Origin: an uncultured Actinomycetota bacterium
GTDB taxonomy: Bacteria; Actinomycetota; Actinomycetes; Actinomycetales; Dermatophilaceae
Reading direction: 5' to 3'
NCBI GenBank assembly: GCA_963800325.1
Contig: CAWDAQ010000002.1
Location: forward strand, 228,638 to 292,637
DNA: 64,000 nt
In this document: positions 47,427-59,245 of the stretch, one piece after another
Position numbering within the stretch: the first letter of the stretch is position 1
Layout of the letters: every line of letters begins with the position of its first letter
The notes under the pieces: generated by a model
What the model was told of the DNA's origin: nothing
Databases searched by the model: none
The model's input: only the letters and a program-made list of their open reading frames with translations
Made by a program: the position numbers and the translations under genes

Positions 47427-50306
<2,880 letters not shown>

Positions 50307-50324
50307 GAGGCTCCTAGGGCACGG

Positions 50325-50465
50325 GCAACTGCGGGCGCCTCCCCTTCTGTCGCCGCCGAGGGCGGTTCCAGAGGTGCCTGATCCGCGTGGTCCTGCGCGC
50401 CTGAGAGGTTCCGGGGAGTTTGCCCCTTCGGCGCCCCGCCGACAGGACGGGGACTCTCCCACACG
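50325..50465 (-). ncRNA. Glycine riboswitch (one canonical aptamer plus a degenerate second or ghost aptamer)
   Basis: The minus strand reads GGGAGAGUCCCCG...CGGGGCGCCGAAGGGGCAAACUCCCCGGAACCUCUCAGGC. This is followed by CACCUCUGGAACCGCC...GACAGAAGGGGAGG, directly upstream of the gcvP SD and ATG. Confidence 0.75.
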
Positions 50466-50511
50466 GGGTGTACGGCACCACTCACGGTACCAGCCGGACC
50501 TGCGACGACCT

Positions 50512-50583
50512 GGTCGCGACCGGGCCGCGCGGCCCGCCGGAGGAGGCGGTCGCGACCGGCGGCGGCTGTCGCCGGTCGCGACG
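50512..50583. repeat. Three copies of the 10-bp palindrome GGTCGCGACC (the third is 9/10)
   Basis: Copies are at 50512-50521, 50548-50557 and 50574-50583. Copies 2 and 3 are also part of a 10-bp hairpin (GCGACCGGCG with CGCCGGTCGC). Confidence 0.7.
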
Positions 50584-50635
50584 TTTCCCGCTGGTCCTTG
50601 GCCGGAGCGTCGCGGCGCGGACCCTGCGGGTGCGG

Positions 50636-51214
50636 TCAGGCGAGCCGGGCCTCGCGCCGGGCGCTGAGCTCGTCCCCCGGGTGGGGGGCGGGGACCTCGT
50701 CCTCGGCGCGCTCGCTGGGCAGCGCGGCGAGCGACCCCTCGATCTCGCGCCAGACCCGTCCGACGGCGATGCCGAACACGCCCTGTCCGCCCTGGACGAG
50801 GTCGACGACCTCGTCGGCGGAGGTGCACTCGTACACCGAGGCGCCGTCGCTCATGAGGGTGATCTGGGCGAGGTCGTCGACGCCGCGACGGCGCAGGTGC
50901 TCGATGGCGACCCGGATCTGCTGCAGCGAGACCCCGGTGTCGAGCAGGCGCTTGACGACCTTGAGCACGAGGATGTCCCGGAAGCCGTAGAGCCGCTGCG
51001 TGCCGGAGCCGCTCGCGCCCCGCACGGACGGCTCGACGAGCCCGGTCCGGGCCCAGTAGTCGAGCTGACGGTAGGTGATGCCCGCGGCCTTGCACGCGGT
51101 GGGACCGCGGTAGCCGACGTCCTCGCTGAGCGCGGGGAGGTCGTCGTCGAAGAGGACGCCCTGCGTCGCGGCCGGGGCGGTCACGCCCGGTCGCGAATCC
51201 CCAGTCGCCTCCAC
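50636..51214 (-). CDS. MerR-family transcriptional regulator (Rv1830-like)
   Basis: HTH block is [29 protein letters not shown]...[12 protein letters not shown] 51214 lies 4 nt after GAGGAGG (alternative ATG at 51256). Confidence 0.8.
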   Translation of the reverse strand: MEATGDSRPGVTAPAATQGVLFDDDLPALSEDVGYRGPTACKAAGITYRQLDYWARTGLVEPSVRGASGSGTQRLYGFRDILVLKVVKRLLDTGVSLQQIRVAIEHLRRRGVDDLAQITLMSDGASVYECTSADEVVDLVQGGQGVFGIAVGRVWREIEGSLAALPSERAEDEVPAPHPGDELSARREARLA

Positions 51215-51339
51215 GTCGCCTCCTCGAGGTGGTCGCGTCCCGTACCCGGGACGCACCTAGGACGGTACGGCGGGGCGTACCCGCCGTCAACGACCGTCGG
51301 CGCGTGTCACGGCCACCCGTCACGTCCGGGACGGACGGG

Positions 51340-51816
51340 TCACTGCTCGGTGGGGTTCTCGAAGTCCTCGGGGCTGACGTGGTCGAGGAACTCCTTGAAC
51401 TTCTCGACCTCGTCCTCCTCCTCCGGGGCGATCGCGACGCCGGCGGCCTCGAGCAGGTCCTCGGAGGTGACGATCTCGGCGCCGGTGCGCAGCGCGAGGG
51501 CGATGGCGTCCGAGGACCGGGAGGAGATCTCGCTGCCCCCGTCGATGACGAGGGTGGCGTAGAAGATGTTGTCCTTGAGCTCGTCGATCCGCACCCGCGT
51601 CAGCGTGTGCCCGAGGCCCTCGATGACGTTCTTCAGGAGGTCGTGGGTCAGCGGCCGGGGAGGCTTGACGCCCTGCTGGGCGTACGCGATCGCGGTCGCC
51701 TCCGCCGCTCCGATCCAGATCGGCAGGTAGCGCTCCCCGTCACGCTCCCGCAGGAGCACGATGGGCTGGTTGGTGGGCATCTCCACCCGGACACCGAGCA
51801 CGTCCAACGGCTTCAC
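51340..51816 (-). CDS. Bifunctional nuclease family protein (DUF151, Rv1829-like)
   Basis: 158 aa with PIVLLRE...[12 protein letters not shown] and RPLTHDLL. Confidence 0.85.
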   Translation of the reverse strand: MKPLDVLGVRVEMPTNQPIVLLRERDGERYLPIWIGAAEATAIAYAQQGVKPPRPLTHDLLKNVIEGLGHTLTRVRIDELKDNIFYATLVIDGGSEISSRSSDAIALALRTGAEIVTSEDLLEAAGVAIAPEEEDEVEKFKEFLDHVSPEDFENPTEQ

Positions 51817-51822
51817 GGGTCC

Positions 51823-51828
51823 ACCGTA
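51823..51828 (-). promoter_or_regulatory. -10 box TACGGT for the leaderless DUF151 gene
   Basis: It ends 6 nt before GTG 51816. Confidence 0.4.
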
Positions 51829-51852
51829 CCCCGCGGAAGCAGGGGGGATGCA

Positions 51853-52677
51853 TCAGCCGTCGTCGGTCCCCACGAGCCGGTGCAGCGCGTCCCGGACGAG
51901 CGCGGTGTGCAGCGTCAGGCACCAGTGCGCCACCTCGGCCGCGACGTCGGCAGGAGACTCCACGGGCGCCGCCGAGCCGTCCCCGCCCTCCCCGGCCCGC
52001 GCGGCCCGGCGACCCCGCAGGGGCGCCAGGACGTGCTCGGCGAGGCCCACCTCGCGGTCGGCGGCGGTGCGGAACTGACGCAGGTGGCGCACCTCGATCC
52101 CCCGTCCGACGAGGACCGAGGCCGCCCGGGCGACGTCGAGGGACTCGGCCCCGAAGAAGCCGTCCTCGTCGGCGTGGACGAGGCCGTAGGCGACGAGGGC
52201 CTGGATGACCTCCGCGTCGACCCCCTCGGAGCGCGCGAGCTCGGCCGTGGTCAGCCGCATCGGGGTGCGGGCGAGCAGCCCGGCGGGGGGCGGCGCGCCG
52301 CCGCCGGGGACGGGTGCCCTCGGCGCCGACGGACCGGCGCGGCCCGCCGGCGCGCCGGACGCGCCGGGGACGACCGCGTCCGGGTCGAGCCCGCGGTCCA
52401 TCGCGTCCAGGGCCTCCCGGATGACCCGCAGCGGCCAGAACCGGTCCCGCTGGGCCGCGAGGACGTAGCGCAGCCGTTCGACGTCGTCGGTGTCGAACGA
52501 GCGGTAGCCCGACGTCGTGCGCTCGGGGGTGACCAGACCCTCGGACTCGAGGAACCGGATCTTGGAGACCGTCACGTCCGGGAACTCCTCGCGCAGCCGT
52601 GCCAGCACGGCACCGATGCTCAGGCGGGACGAGCCGCCCCGGCCGGACGCGGGGCCCCGGTCAGGACCCGCCCGCAT
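51853..52677 (-). CDS. ftsR: MerR-family regulator FtsR-like (Rv1828-like)
   Basis: LSIGAVLARLREEFPDVTVSKIRFLESEGLVTPERTTSGYRSF and QRDRFWPLRVIREAL. ATG 52677 overlaps the garA end by 17 nt. Confidence 0.75.
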   Translation of the reverse strand: MRAGPDRGPASGRGGSSRLSIGAVLARLREEFPDVTVSKIRFLESEGLVTPERTTSGYRSFDTDDVERLRYVLAAQRDRFWPLRVIREALDAMDRGLDPDAVVPGASGAPAGRAGPSAPRAPVPGGGAPPPAGLLARTPMRLTTAELARSEGVDAEVIQALVAYGLVHADEDGFFGAESLDVARAASVLVGRGIEVRHLRQFRTAADREVGLAEHVLAPLRGRRAARAGEGGDGSAAPVESPADVAAEVAHWCLTLHTALVRDALHRLVGTDDG

Positions 52678-53116
52678 AGAAGACGAGCCGGAACTTGCCG
52701 ATCTGCACCTCGTCGCCGCGGTGGAGGACGGTGTCGTCGATCCGCTCGCGGTTGACGTAGGTGCCGTTGAGGGAGCCGACGTCGCGCACCGAGAAGGTGT
52801 CCCCCGCGCGGCGGAAGACGGCGTGCTTGCGGGAGACCGTGACGTCGTCGAGGAAGATGTCACTGGAGGGGCTGCGGCCGGAGGTGACCTCCGCGTCGTC
52901 GAGCAGGAACCGGGCGCCGGTGTTCGGTCCCCGCAGGACGATGAGGAGCGCGGTGCCGGGGCGGAGGGCCTCGACGGTCTGCTGGTTCTCGCGGCTCAGG
53001 CCGAGATCGCCCTCGTGCACGGGCTCGCCGGGGTGGGTCTCCCCCAGGCCACCGAAGTGCTGTGTCGTCGGGTCCTGACGCGGCGACTCGTCGGAACCGG
53101 CTCCATTGGTGGTCAT
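52661..53116 (-). CDS. garA: FHA-domain protein GarA/OdhI
   Basis: 151 aa with an N-terminal phospho-Thr region (ETHPGEP...DPTTQHFGG) and an FHA domain (GRSPSSDIFLDDVTVSRKHAVF...GSLNGTYVN). Confidence 0.9.
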   Translation of the reverse strand: MTTNGAGSDESPRQDPTTQHFGGLGETHPGEPVHEGDLGLSRENQQTVEALRPGTALLIVLRGPNTGARFLLDDAEVTSGRSPSSDIFLDDVTVSRKHAVFRRAGDTFSVRDVGSLNGTYVNRERIDDTVLHRGDEVQIGKFRLVFYAGGS

Positions 53117-53211
53117 GCGCCTTCCCCTTTCCACGTGCGTCACGGGCACCTCGCGGTGCCAGCGTAGTTCACCCCGGCCCCGCGGGGCGGGTCCGGAGGG
53201 GGAGCCCGTGG

Positions 53212-53601
53212 TCAGTCGAGCTGCTCGCGGTACCCGGCGACGTCGAGCAGGCCCGAGAGCGCTCCGGTGTCGGCGAGCCGCAGCTCGTACATCCAGCCCT
53301 CGCCGTAGGGGTCGGTGTTGACCAGCTCCGGGGAGGCGTCGAGACCCTCGTTGACGGCGGTGACCTCGCCCGCGAGCGGGGCGTAGAGGTCGCTGACCGA
53401 CTTGGTCGACTCGACCTCGCCGCACGCGTCGCCGGGGGCGAGCGTGTCGCCGACGGTGGGCAGGCTGACGTAGACGACGTCCCCGAGCGCCTCCTGGGCG
53501 TAGGCCGTGATCCCGACCCGGACGACACCGCCGTCACCGACACGCACCCACTCGTGCTCCGCGGTGTAGCTGAGGTCCTCCGGGTACTCCAGGTCGCTCA
53601 T
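53212..53601 (-). CDS. gcvH: Glycine cleavage system H protein
   Basis: 129 aa with the lipoyl-lysine motif [13 protein letters not shown] and YTAEHEWV. Confidence 0.95.
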   Translation of the reverse strand: MSDLEYPEDLSYTAEHEWVRVGDGGVVRVGITAYAQEALGDVVYVSLPTVGDTLAPGDACGEVESTKSVSDLYAPLAGEVTAVNEGLDASPELVNTDPYGEGWMYELRLADTGALSGLLDVAGYREQLD

Positions 53602-53658
53602 GACTCTCCTCGTCGGTGGGGCCCGCCGTGGCGGCCCGGGTCGGGGGGCTGGGCCGGG

Positions 53659-54447
53659 CTAGCCCTCGGAGGGGCTGGTCGACGGCTCCGGCACCGGCCG
53701 AGCGTAACGAGGCTCCGTGACGTCGTGCAATGCGGTGATCGAGAGCGACTCGTGCTGCTCGACGGTGGCCTTCCCGCCGAGCCGGCGGACCGACTCGGTC
53801 ACGCCGCCGGGGATGTCCATCGCGGACGCCATCGTCGCGGGGTCACCGATCGCGGTGATCGTGTACGGCAGGTCCAGCTTCGTGCCGGAGACCGAGACGC
53901 CGGTGTCGCCGTCGGTGAAGTACGTGCTCGCGACCACGCGCACGGAGCCGACCTGCACGGCCTCGGCGCCGGCGTCCCGCAGCTCCTCGAGGGCGTCCAG
54001 CAGCACCGGCGCCGTGACCTCCCGCCGGGGGTCGGCGATCGTCACCGTGATCCCCGGTCCCTTGACCGGGACGGTGCCGGCGAGGACCTCGAGGGTGCGC
54101 AGCCGGCTCTTGGCGGCCTTCTGGGCCTGCTCCCCCGCGCCGGAGGCGAGCTGGTCCCGGGTGCGCTGGAGGTCCCGCAGCTCCGACTGCAGCCGGTTGC
54201 CGTCCTGGGTGACGTCGTCGAGGATCCGCACGAGCTCGTCCTCGCGGAGGTTCTCCAGCCCCTGGCCCTGGGTCTGGCGCACCTGCGTCGCGATGGCGAA
54301 CCCGAGGAGGACGGCGAGGACGAGCGCGAGCGCGTTCGCCTTCGTCGCCCGCGGCCGGGCCATCCGCAGCAGGTGCCGCCAGTTGGCGCGGGTGTCCTCG
54401 CCGCGGGGGCCGGGGCGCCTGCGGTGTGGGGGCTTGGGCTCGCTCAT
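53659..54447 (-). CDS. DUF881-family membrane-anchored protein (Rv1825-like)
   Basis: A single N-terminal TM is followed by a coiled segment and a DUF881 core (GPGITVTI...LLDALEELRDAGAEAV...YTITAIGDP). Confidence 0.8.
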   Translation of the reverse strand: MSEPKPPHRRRPGPRGEDTRANWRHLLRMARPRATKANALALVLAVLLGFAIATQVRQTQGQGLENLREDELVRILDDVTQDGNRLQSELRDLQRTRDQLASGAGEQAQKAAKSRLRTLEVLAGTVPVKGPGITVTIADPRREVTAPVLLDALEELRDAGAEAVQVGSVRVVASTYFTDGDTGVSVSGTKLDLPYTITAIGDPATMASAMDIPGGVTESVRRLGGKATVEQHESLSITALHDVTEPRYARPVPEPSTSPSEG

Positions 54448-54776
54448 GCGCTGAACAGGTGCCGCCGGATCGAGGCGACGTTGGAGAAGATCCGGACGCC
54501 GAGCACGACGACGACCCCGGTCGACAGCTGGGAGCCCACCCCGAGCTGGTCCCCGAGGAAGACGATGAAGGCCGCGACGACCACGTTGGACAGGAACGAG
54601 ATGACGAAGACCTTGTCCGAGAAGATGCCGTCGAGCACGGCCCGGACGGCTCCGAACACCGCGTCGAGTGCCGCGATGACGGCGATCGGCAGGTAGGGCT
54701 GCATCCACAGCGGCACCTCCGGGTTGAGCAGGAGGCCGACGAGGATCCCGCCGAGCAGTCCGAGGGCTGGTATCAC
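54444..54776 (-). CDS. Small basic membrane protein (DUF1290, Rv1824/SbP-like)
   Basis: 110 aa. There is a GTGA overlap with the upstream gene and an ATGA overlap with the downstream gene. Hydrophobic product (PIAVIAALDAVFGA...). Confidence 0.75.
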   Translation of the reverse strand: MIPALGLLGGILVGLLLNPEVPLWMQPYLPIAVIAALDAVFGAVRAVLDGIFSDKVFVISFLSNVVVAAFIVFLGDQLGVGSQLSTGVVVVLGVRIFSNVASIRRHLFSA

Positions 54777-55720
54777 GGTGTCGGTCCTCCGGAGGGGGTC
54801 GAGGTCTGCGTGGAGGGGCTCGACGGGCCCGCGCCGCCGCCCGCGCCTGCCGGGCCGATGACGGTCGCCGAGCGCAACGAGCCGGTGACCGCGCCCGGGA
54901 GCGTCAGGTCGTCGGACCCGGCGAGGTCGGTCTGGATCCCGTAGTTGTCGTGGAGCGAGGTCAGGTAGGACCCGCCCAGACCCGCGGCGAACGTGGTCTG
55001 CAGGTCGTTCGGGCTGCCGATGGCCTCGATGGTGTACGGCCGGGTCAGCGGCCGGAAGTTGACGAGGATCGCGTCCCCGGCGAACCGGATCGCGGAGCGG
55101 GCGTTGAGGCGGTGGCCGTTGACGGCGATCGCCTCGGCCCCGGACTGCCACAGCGCGTTGACGACGATCTGCAGGTCCCGCGCGAGCACCCGGCCGTCGT
55201 CGTCCTGGGTGGTGCGCGGGTTGCCGTCCGGGCTCGTGCCGCCTTGGCCCGGCGCGTCGTCGAGGGTGATGGTCATCCCCGGGCCGGTGACGGCGCTGCT
55301 GTCCGCGAGCACGCGGAGTCGCTCGAGCTCGGCGGCCTGCGCGGCCGACCCGCCGGCGGCCTCGCTCGTCGAGAGCTCGTCCTGGATCCGGCGGACGCGG
55401 GCAGCGGTCGCGTCGGCGGCGTCCTGCTGGCGCTGGACGCGCTCGATCAGCTGGGTCTTGGCGTCGTTGACCCCCCGGGAGGTGTCCCGCAGCGTCGCCG
55501 CCGCGACGCCGAGGAGCAGGCCGAACACGACCGCGGTGACGGCGAGCAGCGGGGTGGCCGTCCCCGTGGAGCGGGGCAGGCCCTCACGCTGCCGGGCCTC
55601 GGCGACGGCCGCGTACCCCGGGTCGAGCGGCCGCTCGATCATCGAGGTGATGAGGGTCATCGACGCGTCGGGACGCCGCCTGCGGGCCTCCTCGCGCCGC
55701 TTCGGGGACGGCGGGCTCAC
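54773..55720 (-). CDS. DUF881-family membrane-anchored protein (Rv1823-like)
   Basis: GPGMTITLDD...DLQIVVNALWQSGAEAIAVNG...YTIEAIGSP. GTGA overlap with pgsA. Confidence 0.8.
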   Translation of the reverse strand: MSPPSPKRREEARRRRPDASMTLITSMIERPLDPGYAAVAEARQREGLPRSTGTATPLLAVTAVVFGLLLGVAAATLRDTSRGVNDAKTQLIERVQRQQDAADATAARVRRIQDELSTSEAAGGSAAQAAELERLRVLADSSAVTGPGMTITLDDAPGQGGTSPDGNPRTTQDDDGRVLARDLQIVVNALWQSGAEAIAVNGHRLNARSAIRFAGDAILVNFRPLTRPYTIEAIGSPNDLQTTFAAGLGGSYLTSLHDNYGIQTDLAGSDDLTLPGAVTGSLRSATVIGPAGAGGGAGPSSPSTQTSTPSGGPTP

Positions 55721-56316
55721 GCGGGCTCACGCCTGAGCGTGAGCGCGACCTGGACGGCGTAGAGCACCCCCGCACCCCAGTACAGGACCATCCCCCACCA
55801 CGCGAACGCCCACCCGATCGGCTGGGCGAGCTCGGCGACGACCCCGGTGCCGCCGGCGAGCAGGAGCAGCGGGAAGGCGTACAGCAGGTTGAAGGTCGCC
55901 GCCTTCCCGACGAAGTGGACCGGCATCTCCGTCAGCCCGCCCCACCGGGCGGTGGCGATGATGCCGACGAGGAAGACCTCCCGCAGCACGAGCACCGCGA
56001 CGAGCCACCACGGGATGATGTCCCGCCAGGCGAGGCCGAGCAGCGTAGAGAAGATGTAGAGCCGGTCCGCGATCGGGTCGAGCAGCTCCCCCACCCGGGA
56101 GACGAGCCCGAACCGGCGGGCGATCTTGCCGTCGAGGTAGTCGCTGACGCCGGAGACCGTGAGGACCGCGAGCGCCAGCGCGTCGTGCCGGGCGATGATG
56201 GCCCAGAGGAAGACGGGGACACCGACGAGCCGGAGGACCGACAGGGCGTTGGGCAGGGTGAGGACGCGGTCGGTGCGGCGCACCTGGACGACCTGGGGTC
56301 CCCTCTGCTCGGTCAC
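55717..56316 (-). CDS. pgsA: CDP-alcohol phosphatidyltransferase (PgsA2-like)
   Basis: The motif DYLDGKIARRFGLVSRVGELLDPIADR is present in a polytopic membrane protein. Confidence 0.85.
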   Translation of the reverse strand: MTEQRGPQVVQVRRTDRVLTLPNALSVLRLVGVPVFLWAIIARHDALALAVLTVSGVSDYLDGKIARRFGLVSRVGELLDPIADRLYIFSTLLGLAWRDIIPWWLVAVLVLREVFLVGIIATARWGGLTEMPVHFVGKAATFNLLYAFPLLLLAGGTGVVAELAQPIGWAFAWWGMVLYWGAGVLYAVQVALTLRREPA

Positions 56317-56322
56317 GCTCGA

Positions 56323-56328
56323 AGCCTA
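56323..56328 (-). promoter_or_regulatory. -10 box TAGGCT for the leaderless pgsA operon
   Basis: It ends 6 nt before GTG 56316. Confidence 0.4.
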
Positions 56329-56363
56329 AGACGTCGGGCGCCCCGGGACCGAACCCGCCGGTC

Positions 56364-56369
56364 TAGAGT
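56364..56369 (+). promoter_or_regulatory. -10 box TAGAGT for the leaderless patB-like gene
   Basis: It ends 6 nt before ATG 56376. Confidence 0.4.
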
Positions 56370-56375
56370 CGGGGG

Positions 56376-57539
56376 ATGGACCGGCGCGTGCTCACCCCGT
56401 CCCTCGCCGACCTGCGCACCCGCACGAGCGTGAAGTGGGCGTGGTACCCCCCGGACGTGCTGCCGCTGTGGGTCGCGGAGATGGACGTCGAGCCGGCCCC
56501 GGCGGTCGTCGAGGCGGTCCGCTCGGCGATGGTCCGCGGCGACACCGGGTACGTGTGGGGGCGTCCCTACGCGGAGGCCTTCGCCGCCTTCGCGGACGCC
56601 CGGTGGGGGTGGGAGCCGGACGTCGCGTCGACGACGGTCGTCCCGGACGTCATGACGGGCGTCGCCGAGGTGCTCCGGGTCGTCACCGACCCGGGCGACA
56701 CGGTCGTCGTCAGCTCCCCGGTCTACCCGCCGTTCCGCTCCTTCGTCCGGCACGCCGGCCGCGAGGTGCTCGACGCCCCCCTCGGCGCCGACGGCCGCCT
56801 CGAGCCCGGCGCGCTCGAGGACGCGTTCGCGAGGGCCCGGGCCGGGGGCCGCCCGGCCGCCTACCTGCTGTGCAACCCGCACAACCCGACCGGTGTGGTC
56901 CACACCGCCGCCGAGCTCACCGCGCTCGGCGAGCTCGCCCACCGTCACGGGGTGCGGGTCGTCGCCGACGAGATCCACGCCCCGCTCGTCCTGCCCGGGG
57001 CCGAGTTCACCCCCTACCTCAGCCTGGACGTGGGCGAGGACGCGGTCGCGCTGTTCTCGGCGTCGAAGGGGTGGAACCTCGCCGGGCTCAAGGCCGCGGT
57101 CGCCGTCCCCGGGCCACGAGCGCGCGGGGACGTCCGTCGCATCCCCGAGATCGTCGGCCACGGGGCCGGGCACGTCGGGGTGCAGGGGCACGTCGCCGCG
57201 CTGACCGGCGGCGTGGACTGGCTGGACGACCTCGTGGCCGACCTCGCCGACAACCGGGACCTGCTCGTCGAGCTCGTCGCAGAGCGCCTGCCCGGGGCCC
57301 GGATGCGTCCGCCGGAGGGGACCTACCTCGCGTGGCTCGACCTGCGCGGCGCCGGGCTCGGCGACGACCCGGCGGCGGTGGCGCTCGACCACGGGCGGGT
57401 CGCGCTCAACCCCGGACGGTCCTTCGGCGTCGAGGGCGTCGGCCACGCGCGGCTCAACTACGCGACCAACCCGGCGGTGCTCACCGAGGCCGTCGAGCGC
57501 CTCGCGTCCGCGGCGGCCGCCGTCACCGGCAGCGGCTGA
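56376..57539 (+). CDS. patB: MalY/PatB-type PLP-dependent C-S lyase (class I/II aminotransferase fold)
   Basis: SVKWAWYPPDVLPLWVAEMD, NPHNPTG and the PLP-lysine region SASKGWNLAGLK. Confidence 0.8.
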   Translation: MDRRVLTPSLADLRTRTSVKWAWYPPDVLPLWVAEMDVEPAPAVVEAVRSAMVRGDTGYVWGRPYAEAFAAFADARWGWEPDVASTTVVPDVMTGVAEVLRVVTDPGDTVVVSSPVYPPFRSFVRHAGREVLDAPLGADGRLEPGALEDAFARARAGGRPAAYLLCNPHNPTGVVHTAAELTALGELAHRHGVRVVADEIHAPLVLPGAEFTPYLSLDVGEDAVALFSASKGWNLAGLKAAVAVPGPRARGDVRRIPEIVGHGAGHVGVQGHVAALTGGVDWLDDLVADLADNRDLLVELVAERLPGARMRPPEGTYLAWLDLRGAGLGDDPAAVALDHGRVALNPGRSFGVEGVGHARLNYATNPAVLTEAVERLASAAAAVTGSG

Positions 57540-57651
57540 CGGGGGCTCTCCCGGCCGCACCCTGCCTCCCCCCGCGGGTGGCCGCCGGAGCCCGGGTCCG
57601 GACCGGTCCGGTGGGCCCTGGTGGTCCCCACGGGGGAAGGTGCGGGTCGGG

Positions 57652-58164
57652 TCAGGAGTTCTCGGCGACGTACTGCTCGGGGTCCTTGTCCTTGGTCGTG
57701 ATGCCGCCGGCGTGGGAGGCCTCGAACCCCGCGAACTGCACGGCGAGGTCGTGCCGCTCCTGCAGGCTCGCGCTCTTGCGGAAGTCGGCGAGGGCCCCGC
57801 GCTCCTCCTCGGCCATGTGGTCGCTGTTGGCCTCGCGGGCCTCCGCCACCGCCGACCACCACGCCTCGCTGCCGGCCTCGTGGTCGGCGACCTTGGCGAC
57901 GGCGTCGCGGATCTCGTTGTGGTCGTGCACGGCGTCCTCGGTCTCGTCCGCGGGCTCGCCCTCGATCCGGGTGCCCGTGCCGACCGAGAGCAGCCGCGGG
58001 TAGAACAGCTCCTCCTCGGCGTCGGCGTGCACCTCGAGGAGGATCGCCAGCCGCTCCCAGATCGCGGCGAGGGTGCTCGTGTCGCCGCGGTCGACCTCGT
58101 CGAGCATCGCGAACATGCGGCGCTGTTCGTGGTGGTCGGACAGGATCAGCTCGGTGATGTCCAT
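57652..58164 (-). CDS. Hemerythrin-domain protein
   Basis: 170 aa with His/Glu-rich four-helix motifs (LSDHHEQRRMF, HADAEEELFYP, HDHNEIRD). The SD is GGAGGAG. Confidence 0.8.
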   Translation of the reverse strand: MDITELILSDHHEQRRMFAMLDEVDRGDTSTLAAIWERLAILLEVHADAEEELFYPRLLSVGTGTRIEGEPADETEDAVHDHNEIRDAVAKVADHEAGSEAWWSAVAEAREANSDHMAEEERGALADFRKSASLQERHDLAVQFAGFEASHAGGITTKDKDPEQYVAENS

Positions 58165-58309
58165 GGTGCTCCTCCGGTGCTCGGGGCAGGTCGTGGGGTC
58201 GCTGCCAGCATAAGGAGGCCACGCGGCGGCCGCTCACCGTCCGGCGGCCGGTGCCGGGCCGGAGCCCTGTGGACGACGACCTCGCCGGACCGGTCCGGCG
58301 TGGCACGCT

Positions 58310-58996
58310 GTGGTCGTGGGTGGAGACGCACGGGACGGCGAGCGGGCCCCGGGGGACGACGAGCGCTTCGAGGGGTTCCCCGTCGCCGGGGTGGAGTTCT
58401 ACCGCGACCTCGAGGAGGACAACTCCCGCGAGTTCTGGTCCCGTCGGCGGGGTGAGTGGGAGCGGGCGGTGCGTGACCCCATGCGGACCCTGCTCGCCGA
58501 GCTCGAGGACGAGTTCGGCGAGGCGAGGATGTTCCGGCCCCACCGCGACCTGCGGTTCAGCCGGGACACCTCGCCCTACAAGACCCATCAGGGCGCCCTC
58601 GTGGGCACGGGCAAGGGGATCGGCTACTACCTCCAGCTCAGCGCGGACGGCCTGCTCGTCGGCGGCGGGTTCCGTGCCCACTCCCCGGCCGAGACCGCCC
58701 GGTACCGGCACGCCGTCGACGCGCCGGACTCGGGGCGGGCACTGGAGGCGGTCGTCGCCGACCTCGAGCGTGCCCGCCTGGACCTCGTCGGGGCCGCGGT
58801 GAAGACCCGGCCGCGGGGCTACCCGGCCGATCACCCCCGCCTGGCGCTGCTCCGGCGCACCGAGCTCATGGCGGTCCGGCAGGTCGGGACCCCCGACTGG
58901 CTGGCGACCCGCCGGGCGCTCGTCGAGGTCCGCGACACGTGGCGGCGGGTCCGGCCGCTGACGGAGTGGGTCCTGACCCACGTCGCCGGGGACTGA
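58310..58996 (+). CDS. DUF2461 (TIGR02453-like) protein
   Basis: FEGFPVAGVEFYRDLEEDNSREFW...MFRPHRDLRFSRDTSPYKTH...GYYLQLSADGL. The start is uncertain (GTG 58310 or 58316). Confidence 0.75.
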   Translation: MVVGGDARDGERAPGDDERFEGFPVAGVEFYRDLEEDNSREFWSRRRGEWERAVRDPMRTLLAELEDEFGEARMFRPHRDLRFSRDTSPYKTHQGALVGTGKGIGYYLQLSADGLLVGGGFRAHSPAETARYRHAVDAPDSGRALEAVVADLERARLDLVGAAVKTRPRGYPADHPRLALLRRTELMAVRQVGTPDWLATRRALVEVRDTWRRVRPLTEWVLTHVAGD

Positions 58997-59245
58997 CACC
59001 CGCGGGCAGGCGGGTCAGCCGCCCGCGGGTCACCCGGTACAGCCACACACCGGCGCCCACCGAGCGGGTGTCGAGCCCGTGCTCGACCCGGGTCCGCAGC
59101 CTCTCCGCCACCACCTGCCTCACCCCCGTCCAGTCTCGTCCCGGCCGGGTCGTCGGGGCCCGGGACCTCGGTCCCCCGACGTGCCCTCTGCGCGTGTCGC
59201 CGGGCCCCTGGCCCGCCGCTGGTCCGAGGGACCGTGAAGGGCTGG

